A program made the translations under genes and the position numbers. The notes beneath the pieces are model-generated. The model had not been told where the DNA came from, did no database searches, and saw only the letters and a list, made by a program, of their open reading frames with translations. Source: Octopus vulgaris (taxonomy: Eukaryota). Taken from it: 64,000 bases of DNA. Shown here one piece after another: positions 24,235 through 37,497 of this stretch. Position 1 is the first letter of the stretch. Every line of letters starts with the position of its first letter. Where the stretch lies: NCBI GenBank assembly GCA_951406725.2, contig OX597824.1, forward strand, positions 10,168,001 to 10,232,000, read 5' to 3'.

Positions 24235-24795
24235 TATGTATGTATGTATGTGTGTATGTGTGTATGTATGTATGTATGTATGTATGTATGCATGCATGCA
24301 TGTATGTATAAATGAATGCATGCATGTATGCATGTATGTATGTATGCATGCATGCATGTATGTATGTATGTATGTATACATGTATGTATGCATGTGTGTA
24401 TGTATGCATGCATGTATGAATGTATGCATGTATGTATGCATGCATGTATGTATAAATGAATGCATGCATGTATGCATGTACGTATGCATGCATGCATGTA
24501 TGTATACACGTATGTATGCATGTGTGTATGTATGCATGTGTGTATGTATGCATGCATATATGTATGCATGTATGTATGCATGCATGTATATATGTATGTA
24601 TGCATGTATGTATGCATACATCTATGTATTATGCATGCATGTATGCAAGCATTCATGCATGTGTCTATGTATATATGCATACATATATGTATGTATGCAT
24701 ACATGTATGTATGTATGCATACAGCTATGTATGTATATATGTATGCATACATGTATATATGCATGCATGTATATATGCATGTTCATATGTATGCA
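24235..24795. repeat. (TATG/TGCA)n complex microsatellite; similar (ACAT)n at 51412-51860
   Basis: Seen directly in the sequence. Confidence 0.95.
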
Positions 24796-27176
24796 TACTT
24801 ACTACTTGTACTTGCAATGGCATTCACCCAGGGTAGGTTGAGCCATCTCCAATGCATATTTAGTGTTTCACAAAGAATATGAGTTCGTGAGTTCACATGT
24901 GGTCGCTGGTCACATACATATACATTTTGGGATAATGTGATCAATAACAGCTCATCTTGCTCTCGACTACTGACCACTGTAGAGGTCACTGCCAATTATC
25001 AGAGCAGACGTAGCCTAGGTTTGAAGCAGATTCTAGAGACATGTTTTACCAAAAGCTAAATGGTACCTCAAACCCAATACTCTTCCAGTACACCAGACAC
25101 CAACTGGAAATTTCTGAAAGCCTGTGCTATTGCTAGATAGCTGTTGAACCTACACCCTGTTCATCTCTCCATTTGACAGGTTTTGCTTTTAGTTCTGCTC
25201 GGTTTCTAGCAACTGCTCCTCACCAGGCAAGCCTAGTGCAGGTACCAGTTTTGTTGCTGATGAACTGACCATGCAACAGGTTGTATTTGATTCCAGGATG
25301 CCAGGAGCACTCATGAGAGACCTCACAAGTGACTTGTATTATCAGCTTGGCTGCATTATCAGCTTAGCTATATTATCAGTATATATACATTATCAGTTTA
25401 GTTACATTATCAGAACAAGCTATGAGGACTAGCTTATGTATTATCAGTTTAGTTATATCAATATTAGCTATGTGTGGAGGTGCAATGGCCCAGTGTTTAG
25501 GGCAGTGGACTCGCGGTCATAGGATCACGGTTTCGATTCCCAGACCGGGCGTTGTGAGTGTTTATTGAGCGAAAACACCTAGAAGCTCCACGAGGCTCCG
25601 GCAGGGGATGGTGGTGATCCCTGCTGTACTCTTTCACCACAACTTTCTCTCACTCTTACTTCCTGTTTCTGTTGTACCTGTATTTCAAAGGGCCGGCCTT
25701 GTCACTCTCTGTGTCACGCTGAATATCTCCGAGAACTACGTTAAGGGTACACGTGTCTGTGGAGTGCTCAGCCACTTACACGTTAATTCCACGAGCAGGC
25801 TGTTCCGTTGATTCGGATCAACCAGAACCCTCGTCATCGTAACCGATGGAGTGCTTCCATCCATTAGCTATGTTATCAGTATTAGCTATTTCATCAATTT
25901 AGCGATGTTATCAGCTTAATTTTGTTATGAGTATTAGCTAAGTTCTATATTTATCTATGCTATCAGTTTAACTATGGGAATATTTTAATTACATTATCAG
26001 TATATCAATGCAAATGTTTTAGCTATGTTATCATTTTATCACATGAGATTATTTTATCTGATCAGATTATTTCATTATACAAGTGGTTTTTTAAATGCAA
26101 GAAAATTTTTATTGAGGTATTATTTTAAGGCATGACATTATTTTAATTCTGGAAAACAGATATTAAATGATGACAGCAATGACAATGATGATGACAATGA
26201 CAATGATGATTATGATGATTTATTCTCAACCATAAAAGGTAGAAGTACTTAATTACGTGAGTAATCCACATTCAAATTCTGTTGTGTCTGGGGAGAGTCA
26301 TTTTCTTTTTGTGCCTTATAATGTAACACACTCACTGGTAAAATTTCCACTTATTTCTTTTTTTTATTTTCCTAAAATTTTCGTTGCGTCTTGCAACCTT
26401 TTCAATAGTCTTGGAAAATTTAGGAAAATAAAAATAAGAAATAAGTGGAAATTTTACCGGTGAGTGTGTTACATTATAAGGCACAAAAAGAAAATGACTC
26501 TCTCCAGACACAACAGAATATGCTTCAACACACCAACTCATATAAAGAATCTTGCAAACCAAATCCAAAAACGAAACCACATTCAAATATAATTCCAAAA
26601 CCAAAGAAAACATAAACATAAGCAAAGAAAGAAAAAAAGAAGAAAAAGAGGAAGAAAGAAGAAAAATCATCTGTTCAACATTAAGTGCATCAATCAGTCC
26701 CACCCCTAAGGTTCAACAGAACCTACTGAAGCAGCCAACATGCTCATGGCATTACCACAGGTGATGATGAGATTAAGGCATTGGAACGATCAAGCACCCT
26801 CATAGGTATCACCTGACACCTCAGTAAGGTGAGCCACAAATGGTGACAAGAGCTTTGCTATTGGTGGCCCAGCCCCTTCAGACATCACAAACGCCATGGG
26901 CTAAAAAAAAAATGGATCACTCACAAGTCCCAATACTTAAGGGCTAGGAAAGAAGTGACCCTCCCATTTACTGCAGCATCCAGGATGTGACAAGGAGCAA
27001 AGGAGTCACTGCCTGTGACATCCCAGATGAAATGCCAACCTCTTTACAAGGGACAAGGGTTTTAACACTAACACTAGAGATTATTTTTATCAGGTGAGAT
27101 TGCATTAGCTCCAGAATACTTTCTCCTATTGCATTTCATTTTGTTGCTTTCTGTATATTTATATATGTATATTTTA

Positions 27177-27550
27177 TACAAGCAGTATCGCCGGCGTTGC
27201 TCGGTTTGTTTTGACCCTTTAGAATTGGAATTTTTGAAAAGTAAAAATTTTGTATTATGTAGCTTGTTATTCTCTTTAAGTGAACATTTTTCTGGTTGAA
27301 ATACACCGTAAAATGGCGACACAGCAGTCAAAAAATCGTAAAAAATAGGGATTTTCTTAGAAAAAAAGCACCTTTTTGATGTAAATAATTTTTGGTGTTA
27401 ACATGGTCGGATTTGAATTTTTTCTTCTATGGAAGGAAGAGCAAGCCTTCTTCTATCATACTTGCGCCGCAGGGTCTCGGAGGAAATGGTGTTAGTTGAA
27501 GGTTACCAAACCTGCCATACACAGACAACTTCAGCTTTATATAGAGAGAG
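27177..27550 (-). mobile_element. Non-autonomous Helitron, copy 2
   Basis: Near-identical to 18006-18397 with a small internal deletion. Confidence 0.75.
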
Positions 27551-27879
27551 ATTATATATTTCTGGCACAAATGCTTTTCTTTTTGTGTTTCTCTGATTTT
27601 CTTTTTCATTTATGTAACAATAGTTCACCACATACACAACATGTTGCACAAAGTTTTGTTCAACATATTTTCATCCATTTGGTATTAACCTGTCCAAGGC
27701 TGTACAAATTAGGTTTTTTTCTAAAGATCTAAACTTAAAACTTCCATCTTAGGTGCCAAACACCAATTTAATAACGACACAGTTATTTTACTAAATTCTT
27801 CACAATTTTAAAACTTAATTGAAATAAAGTTTCTGTATTTCAAAAGAAGGATAGCAACAAAAATGTTAACAAGAATATT

Positions 27880-28735
27880 CTCATAAAGCATGGCCTTGAT
27901 GCTGCAGGCTTCTCCTCCCAGCCCAAGCCAGCGGGGTTAGACTGAGGGGATAGTAAATGGCCTGATGGTATGACAATATTCCTGTTCCATGAAGGTGGTG
28001 AGCTGGCAGAAACCTTAGCACGCCGGGCGAAATGGTTAGCAGTATTTCGTCTGTTTTTATGTTCTGAGTTCAAATTCCGCCGAGGTCGACTTTGCCTTTC
28101 ATCCTTTCGGGGTCGATTAAATAAGTACCAGTTACGCACTGGGGTCGATATAATCGACTTAATCGTTTGTCTGTCCTTGTCTGTCCCCTCTGTGTTTAGC
28201 CCCTTGTGTGTAGTAAAAAAATAGGTATTTCATCTGTCTTTATGTTCTGAGTTCAAATTCTGCCGAGGTTAACTTTGTCTTTCATTCTCTCGGGGTCGAT
28301 AGATTAAGTAGCAGCTGCGTACTGGGGGCGATGTAATTAAATGGCCCCCTCCCCCAAAATTTCAGGCCTTGTACCTAGAGTTGAAAAGAATATTCCTGCT
28401 CCATGGTGGTAGGCCCCTCATCTGGGATTCCACATGCTGTGATACATTCTCCAGTGGAAAGTTTGTGAGTTCAACTCCCATCCCAGGCTATACACCTCAT
28501 CAGGCTGAGAAAAGTAAACTGTCAAAGTATCAACCACTCTCTGATAGGTTTATAGTCAATCCTGTAGCAGTGGAGACCTCTGGCATTCTTGGCCCTTGGA
28601 CCATATCCCTGCCTACTGCTCTTGGGATGGAGATGGCTGTCTGCAAGTGCAAGCTCCATGAGTCAGAGTGGCTGTTCCAGTGCATCTCCCTTGCAATCTT
28701 CCAGGGCAACACTTTTTCCATTTTGTTTGCTGGGA
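27880..28735 (+). mobile_element. RLE-type (CRE-like) non-LTR fragment interrupted by a SINE
   Basis: GLD*GDSKWPDGMTIF | GRPLIWDSTCCDTF...AEKSKLSKY...PVAVETSG...LFQCISLAIFQGN. The SINE at 27992-28388 is bounded by a 17-bp TSD aatattcctg(t/c)tccatg. Confidence 0.75.
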
Positions 28736-29069
28736 TCATGAGATGGGCTGAATTACAGGAAATCAAGAGAATGTAAGAATTTTGTAGCTTACTACAATCC
28801 CTCTTCAACATGTTTCATTCTCGTTAAGGTAGTGAGCTTGTAGAATTGTCAGCATGCAGGCCAAAATGCTTAGCAGCATTTCCTTCATGTTTATGTTCTC
28901 TGAGTTCAAATTCTGCTGAGGTCAACTTTGCTTTCTATTCTTTCAAGGTTGATAAAATAAGTACCAGCTGAGCATTGGAGTTGATGCTTAGCAACTTAGC
29001 CCTTTCCTTGATGCTGCTGGTCTTGTGCCAAAGTCTAAAACCAATATATTATAGTCTAGCACATTCTTT

Positions 29070-29469
29070 AAGGAGGCAAGCTGGCAGAAATGTTAGCATG
29101 CCAAGTAAAATGCTTAGTGGTATTTTGTCTGTCTTTACGGTGTGAGTTCAAATTCTGCTGAAGTCGACTTTGCCTTTCATCCTTTCGGGGTCGATAAATT
29201 AAGTACCAGTTACGCATTGGGGTCAATGTAATCGACTTAATCCATTTGTCTGTCCTTGTTTGCCCCCTCTATGTTTAGCCCCTTGTGGGTAGTAAAGAAA
29301 TAGGTATTTTGTCTGTCTTTTTGGTCTGGGTTCAAATTCTGCTGAGGTCGACTTTGCCTTTCATCCTCTCAAGGTATACATAATATGTACCAGTTGCATA
29401 CTGGGTTCAATGTAATCAACTGGCTCCCTCTCCAAAAATTTCAGGTCTTGTGCCTAGAGTATAAAAGAT
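29070..29469 (+). mobile_element. SINE family E with internal tandem duplication (other copies 5663-6065-, 7700-7915-, 27992-28388+, 28825-29045+, 59780-59945-)
   Basis: gagctggcagaaac...gagttcaaattc...gcctttcatcctttcggggtcgataaa core. 15-bp TSD tctagcacattcttt (29055-29069 / 29470-29484). Confidence 0.8.
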
Positions 29470-29864
29470 TCTAGCACATTCTTTCACTACTGTTACTAAC
29501 CTGTAAGATTTTATCAATGAACTCATTTTAGCTACAGGATTATTTTGGCTTTAGGCTCATTTTTGCTTAGGAGATTACTCAAGTTAGAAAATATGGTTCC
29601 ATGTGCATTAGATGAAAATAAGAAAATATAGTTTCAGGAAGAACACCTTTTATCATGGGTTTGAGTTTGTCTTCTCAGGGCTAATTTATGTCTTAAAAAT
29701 AACATCGACTTTAATCTATCAACCACTAAAATATTAGGTGCCTCTGTTTTGTCACATTTGCTTGCTTTATCTTTAACTTATTTCAATCATTAGACTGCAG
29801 CAACACTGGGGTACCACCTTGAAGTGTTTAGTTGCAAAAATTGATCACAGTACTTGTTTTTCTC

Positions 29865-29914
<50 letters not shown>

Positions 29915-30449
29915 GAGTGAGAGAGCAGTGCATGCCATCAAAGTGACACTGGGGTAAAATATACGAAGCCCAGTATACCCATCATGACTACCTGTCTGAT
30001 AAGGGTACCCCAGGCGCTTGCATCACAACCATATGTGTGCGAAATGGTGATCTCATATCAAGATAAACAGCACATGACCTTGCAGGTGGGGCCCAGTTAG
30101 AATTTTCTTCTGGTTGAGTAACCCATCCCACTCAAAAGGTCCCTGAATAAGGGTTGTTTAAGGACGTTGAACGAACCACCCATGTTTCCAAAGGTGAATT
30201 ATCCAAACCTCTAAGAATTCCTTTCAACACATGGCTAAGGTGCTCCCCCAGTACTTCTGCTTGTGATCAGAGATGCACATATCGTCAGCCACCAAGGGAC
30301 ATGCTCAACTGGTTATGGTCAAACAGCTGACAAGCAAATCTGTGGTATTGAGCAGAATATTTGCTGCAGCCCATCTTTAATACCAAGAAAAAACAATGTA
30401 CATAATAACACGTCCAATCAGTTAAGATCAGAAGCCACGAGAGTCACTG

Positions 30450-30496
<47 letters not shown>

Positions 30497-31306
30497 TTGG
30501 CCTGCTACTTATTCTATCAGTCTCTTTTGCCAAGCCACTAAGTTATGGAGGCATAAATACACAAACACTGGTTGTCCAGTAGTGGTGAAGGACAAATACA
30601 GACACAAAAGCACACACACACACACACACATATAAATGTGTGTGTGCACATGTGCACACTCACGCACACATACACATATTTATACACCCACCCACATACA
30701 CTTCTTACCACAGTCATATACTTGCTTAGTGAATACCAGCGACAACATTCATTCTTGTATTTCAAAAACTGCATAATTCACTTTTCAATTTCTTTATGAA
30801 ACCAAGGTATTAAAAAATATCTTATTTCTTTTTTCTATAGAAATTTATTAATCTGATAAGCACAGCTGGATACATCGTGAGATTAATGTTTGTACAAGAC
30901 ACAAAAATCATTGAATTGGAAAGTTTATATACAATAAGAATGCAATAACATGCTTTCCAGATATTTATGTCAGATAAAAAGAAAGAAAAAATTGAAATCA
31001 GCGACCTGAAAAAATTACTTGACAATAAAAATACATGTCTCATTTTCTTCATTCATTGGACTGTGGCCTTGCTGGGGCACTGCCTTGTAGGGTTTTAGCT
31101 GTAAAAAATCAACCCAGTATCTATTTTTTAAAGCCTGATACTTATCCTACCTGTCTCTTTTTGCCAAATCACTAAGTTAAGGGAACATAAACAAAGCAAC
31201 ACCAGTTGCCAAGTGATTGTGAGTGACAAACACAAACATGAACACAAACATATACACAACTCACAAAGACATATATATATGTAAACAGAAAACTGGAAAA
31301 TGTTGG

Positions 31307-31354
<48 letters not shown>

Positions 31355-32056
31355 TCTCTTCACTATTTTACTTGTTTCAGTCATTTGACTGCGGCCATGC
31401 TGGAGCACCGCCTTTAGTCGAGCAAATCGACCCTGGGACTTATTCTTTGTAAGCCCAGTACTTATCCTATCGGTCTCTTTTGCTGAACCGCTAAGTGATG
31501 GGGACGTAAACACACCAGCATCGGTTGTCAAGCAATGCTAGGGGGACAAACACAGACACACAAACATATACACACACATACACACACACATATATATATA
31601 TATATATACATATATACAACAGGCTTCTTTCAGTTTCCGTCTACCAAATCCACTCACAAGGCATTGGTTGGCCCGGGGCTATAGCAGAAGACACTTGCCC
31701 AAGATGCCATGCAGTGGGACTGAACCCGGAACCATGTGGTTGGTTAGCAAGCTACTTACCACACAGCCACTCCTGCGCCTATATATATATATATATTGTT
31801 TTGGGATCACCACTACTTTAGTATCTCCCCTTCTTCCTAGCTCTGCTGTGTGACCCCTCTTTCTGGCATTCACCCTAATAGATCGCTAGCTACTAAACCT
31901 TTTTCTATTTTCTCTCTCTGTTTATTTCTGTGTTCCTTTCTATCAAAGAGCATAGGCTCGAAATGTAAAAGACTTTCTCACTTCCCAAGCGTTAAACTAA
32001 TACATCTGTTTGTTATTTATACACCTGTCTTCATCTTTTGTTTTTTTGTAAATTCT

Positions 32057-32132
<76 letters not shown>

Positions 32133-32418
32133 TAATAAGAGGGAATATTATTCCAAACTTATTTATTATTTTGCCCATTACTTAATCATTGGTATATGTT
32201 TTATCCTATATTTAATCTTTCTATAAGATGTAATTATATATATATATATATAATTGAATAAGGGTAGAAATTGATGTTAATCAATTAAAACCAGTGGCCT
32301 AGCATATTAAAAAAATCTAATTTAATATAATATATTTATACTATAAAATTAGATTTAATCCTAAATCTGATTTTTCCCTGTAAGTTTGGATTTATTCCCT
32401 AATATTTTATTATTAATT

Positions 32419-32461
<43 letters not shown>

Positions 32462-32475
32462 GGAGATATAGATAA

Positions 32476-32526
<51 letters not shown>

Positions 32527-33191
32527 CATACATACATAAGTAGGTAGGTAGGTATGTAGGTATGTAGGCAAGCAAGCAGGCAGTAAAACAGTAAAAACAA
32601 ACAGTAAGGGGTGAAATAGTGAACGCTGGAGAAATGAGCTTTCAGAGGAGACAGGCGGTGTCTCACTGTATCATTGCTACCCACAAGCCACCAACCTGTG
32701 TGCTCCACCCACAGGTAACAAGACAACTCTTCACACTCCCTGCCCAACAAACCAATCTACATCTCTTCTTCACATTTCCTCATTTATGCACTATGCCTAC
32801 CCCTCACTCCCCAATCCTGTCCTCATGGCCCTGTTTCCCTTTATCATTGCTAACCAGTAGCCACCACCCACCCACCCACAACTCTATATGCCCAGGTTTA
32901 CACCACTCACTTCCCCTCCCCACTCTCTAATCACAATTCTTTGACAATATCCTGCCACTTATATTATGGTGTTTGAGCCTCAAGGGTTTGCCCTGACACT
33001 TGCCAATCTCTCTTTACATGACCATCCCATTTGTATTCTGATTCCTGTCCTTTGTGAGTATGCCCAGCACTTTGCTACCATTTCTATTCTGATGTCTCCC
33101 ACTCTTTTTCTCCTTCTCCTACACTTCCCTCAGGTTGAGTAATCATGTATCTCCTTTGTGGCAGCACACCTGTTTCTGTCCTCATTCCTGA

Positions 33192-33222
<31 letters not shown>

Positions 33223-33720
33223 ATCTTCATCTGTCTATCTGTCTCTTTCTCTCTCTCTCTTCAGCTGGGGACCTTGTACAACTTCTACTACAGCAAGACA
33301 CCTGTTTCTGCCTGTCTGTCTCACTAGAACCTTTCATCATCTGACACAAGATCACCTCCTCCAATGTCCCCTCCCCTGCAAAAGATATTCGTTTTGCAAG
33401 TTACTTGGTGACCCTCTCAGTGTAGGTGCTACTTAAAAAGCATCCAGTCCACACTATAAAGGGGTTGGCATTCGGAAGGGTTTCCAGCTGTAAAAACCTT
33501 GCCAAAACTGACCTTGCCTATGCTTGAGCCGCATAAAAAGCACTAAGTCCACTCTGCTGGGTGGTTGATGTTAGGAAGGGCATCCACTAGAAAAATCCTA
33601 CAAAAACAGACACACAAGCCTGGTGCAGGCTTCTGCCTGGCTGGCTCTTGTGAAACCATGCACCCATGCCAGCATGGAAGGTGGATTTTAAAGAATGACA
33701 ATGATGATTATATGTGTGTG

Positions 33721-33758
<38 letters not shown>

Positions 33759-34341
33759 TGTGTATTTATATATTCTTTCTTTTTCCTTCCAACTATACAC
33801 ACATGAGTTTTCCCATTATCTTTTTTCTATTTTAGTCATTGGACTGGTTTGCGGATTTGGTTTGCGAGATTCTTAATATGAGTTGGTACGTTGGTACGTT
33901 GAAGCATATTCTGTTGTGTCTGGGGAGAGTCATTTTCTTTTTGTGCTTTATAATTTAACACACTCACTGGTAAAATTTCCCCTTATTTCTTATTTTCATT
34001 TTCCTAAAATTTTCGTAGCCTCTTGCAACCTTTTCAATAGTCTTGACTCTTGAAAAGGTTGCAAGAAGCAACGAAAATTTTAGGAAAATGAAAATGAAAA
34101 TAAGTGGAAATTTTACCAGTGAGTGTGTTAAATTATAAAGCACAAAAAGAAAATGACTCTCCCCAAACACAACAGTATATATATAGTGAGTAGTAATAAG
34201 TCTACTACTAATATAGGATGAAGTTTTTTTTTATAGAAAAAAATTCCATCAAAAAATGTGGCAGCATATTAAAATACTTTTACGGTTAAAATTAAAATTA
34301 CGGTTACGCATGTAATTATCTTATTTATATCCTTTCGTATG

Positions 34342-34401
34342 TTCTACTGAAGAGGAAAGAATCTTTTATGAGATTAATTCCGAAATTGATTCAATATAGA
34401 A
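34342..34401 (+). ncRNA. Minimal type-I hammerhead ribozyme
   Basis: ttcta-CTGAAGA-ggaa...aatct/agatt...ttcc-GAAA; helix III ATTGA(t)TCAAT; AUA; tagaa. Lies in a ~380-bp element between TA runs. Confidence 0.85.
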
Positions 34402-34563
34402 ATAACGAACTTTTTAAAAAAATTCTATTGGCCAGCTTCCCCGATTTCAGTTCTTTATGTTTTTTTCTGTAGCGAGTAAATAATATGTGGAAATTGACAA
34501 TTTAAAAGTCTGTTATCAGCATATTGGCATTGAAATAATTTTCTTTAGCCCTTATATATAAGT

Positions 34564-34603
<40 letters not shown>

Positions 34604-34796
34604 TGTATGTGTGTGTATATATATATATAAATATTTAGTTGAAATTTACAGAAAAACAAAAGATGAAGACAAGTGTATGTAGTACTTAACGTATCGGTCT
34701 GTCTTGCCGAATCACTAAGTGACGGGGACATAAACACACGAGCATTGGTTGTCAAGCGATGTTGGGGGGACAAACAGAGACACACAAACATATACA

Positions 34797-34848
<52 letters not shown>

Positions 34849-35441
34849 ACAGGCTTCTTTCAGTTTCCATCTATCAAATCCATTCAGAAGGCTTTGGTTA
34901 GCCCGAGGCTATTGTAGAAGACATTTGCCCAAGGTGCTGTGCAGTGGGACTGAACCCAGAACCATGAGTTTGGTAAGCAAGCTACTTACCACACAGCCAC
35001 TCCTGTGTCCATATATATAATTTTATATCTATATATATGTGTGTACGTATAGATATACATATGCATGGGCTATTCAGCACCCTCAGTCACTGCAATTTGT
35101 GACAAATATTTCCTTTATGGTTATATATTGCGTGCAGCTGCTTATATTAATTTTAGCATACATACATTCATACATACATACATACATACATGCATAGATA
35201 CATACATATATACATACACACACATAGACACACACACACAGACATGTGCGTATACAGATATATCTATGGTGACAGACAGAAAGTGATTAGTTACAGGATT
35301 CTTTACAACCTAAGCATATCAGCAAGCAGGAAACCAGGAGTGGTTGCGCACTCAATACTGAGTTTACAGTAAAGTAAAGCAACCTTTAGTTGTCAGTTGT
35401 AATATATTGTGATTTTAAACACACACACATACACACAAACT

Positions 35442-35473
<32 letters not shown>

Positions 35474-36598
35474 CATATGCACACACACACACACATACAC
35501 ACATACACTGGGTGGTTGATGTTAGGAAGGGTATTCTACTGTAAAAAACATGTCAAAACAGGGTAGATTTTCTACCTGGATAGCTCCTATGAACCATACT
35601 ACCCATACATGCATGGAAGATGGATATTAAATGATGATGATGATGATGATACATATACAGATAGGTATCAAATCCAATATAACCTGCATATCTGGCAAAG
35701 GGTTGTTTCCAGGTGTAGTGTATGTATAAAGAAGAACAAAATTGGGGTTCAAATTTCCCAACACCCGTTTCGGCAGCATTTTATTGATGCATTAGATTAC
35801 ATCATAGCAAAAACCTGCAATTATCAGGTAAATTTTAATATGCCAGCAAGAAGATGACATGTTCACTGACTGCCGTGATAAACAGGTGATACTGTAAAAA
35901 AGAACGATTGAATTATAGATAGAGGAATTGAAATGGAGACTTCAAGAGCAATAAGATCAAATCTACCCTATTTTTCAACTTGCAAAACAGAATAGATTTC
36001 ACCTTGCTGTTCTTGGAATATCTGTTACGCTTCCTCTATAAATTCAATTGTTCTTGTTTGTTATGGTGGTTGGTGCACCTCTGAATATAATTGTTTTCAT
36101 AAAAAGAGATTATAACTGAAAATGAAACGACTTTGTGTGTGTGTGTGTGTGTGTGTGTGAGGGAGAGAGAGCAGTTGCTATATTTAATTCCATAACTGCC
36201 ATCTTTATTATTTTATTTTATTCTAATTTTAATTTTAATTTAATTTTTTATTTTCTATTTACATTTACTGTCCCAGCTTCAATGCTTTTGAAAAAGCCGT
36301 TAGTTGAAATGACGAAGCAAAGTCAAATGTGTATCTGACGATGTGAATTATTTCATAATATAAATTATATTTATAACCTAAATTGTTATTCCATTCTGCC
36401 CGACAAATGGAAATGTGAAACTCTGAGTAGTAATTTTTGTGATGTTTTAGCAGGTTTATCAATAAAGTGTATCTCCTCCATATCTTGAAGAGGTCTTGGA
36501 CCAACAGGTTTTAGGGATCTGATGATACGTCATAAAGCTAAACTCTTTATGGACGAGAAACCTAAGGAAATTCCATAAACCAGCCTTCCCCATTTTTA

Positions 36599-36684
<86 letters not shown>

Positions 36685-36828
36685 TCGGGGTGAGTACATT
36701 GAGAGAAGAAAGAGATGGACGCTTCAATTCTATGCTGCTGCCGCATTATGTCGTACGCGAATGAGAGGATTTGCATCCCCAACCAAGAATTTTTGATGTA
36801 ACACATGTCCTTGTGGAAGCTGTTGTGC

Positions 36829-36906
36829 GCGGCTGAAGAAGGCCACAGACATACATTATGCATTGTTATAAACCTGTCTAATAAAGGCCCGAAACATATG
36901 TACCGC
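36829..36906 (+). ncRNA. Minimal type-I hammerhead ribozyme
   Basis: gcgg-CTGAAGA-a-ggcc...ggcc-c-GAAA; palindrome ACATATGT; GUA; ccgc. Element 36680-36942 has (TA)n on both sides. Confidence 0.85.
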
Positions 36907-37130
36907 TGAATTCTTCGCATCATGTTTTTATTTTGATCAATTTATATATATATATATATATACATATATAAATATATATACGATATAGTGCATATTTACA
37001 CACATAAGGTTTCCGATTTACGTGAATTCAACACATTAGAAAGAACAGCTAGGTTCTGTAAACCACAAAAATAACGGATAAAATTCAACAGGAATAAATT
37101 TGGAAATGAAAAACATTTACCATCTAGCAC

Positions 37131-37206
37131 CCTGGACCAATTGGTTTCTGATCTTCTTTTAGCGAGTCAGGGGGAACTCACAAGGTCTGATCTTCTTCAG
37201 CAAGGT
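37131..37206 (-). ncRNA. Minimal type-I hammerhead ribozyme
   Basis: Reverse strand reads ccttg-CTGAAGA-a-gatc...gatc-a-GAAA; palindrome ACCAATTGGT; GUC; cagg. Confidence 0.8.
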
Positions 37207-37456
37207 CTAGCCTAGGGTTAAACATATTCAACAGGAGACAAACAAGGCTACTTGTCTCGGGCTCATACGAACTAACTTTTCAAATTTTACTGCGCAATCG
37301 CAGTCCATTCGCTGGCAACAATAAAAACCGCCAACTTTTATCCAAAAACTTACAATATTTAATCATATCAAAGGGAAATGGAATTTAATTAAAATTAAAA
37401 TATTCAATCAAAATTTACATTTCCAGTGGTCTAACGTGGAAAAAAAATTATATAAG

Positions 37457-37497
<41 letters not shown>

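Noticed and set aside
23995-24882. 200-aa His/Tyr/Met/Cys ORFs (also 51281-52010, 55053-55642)
   Set aside because: Translations of (TATG)n, (ACAT)n and (TG)n repeats.
35680-36115. Candidate minus-strand exons with good acceptors (36115, 35891)
   Set aside because: Most frames hit stops before a convincing donor, the remaining donors are weak, and I found no phase-consistent link to the gene.
36331-36434. Additional hammerhead-like remnants (also 21955-21995, 37735-37755, 47600-47662)
   Set aside because: GAAA and helix III are present but helix II or CUGANGA is missing or unpaired; not counted as ribozymes.
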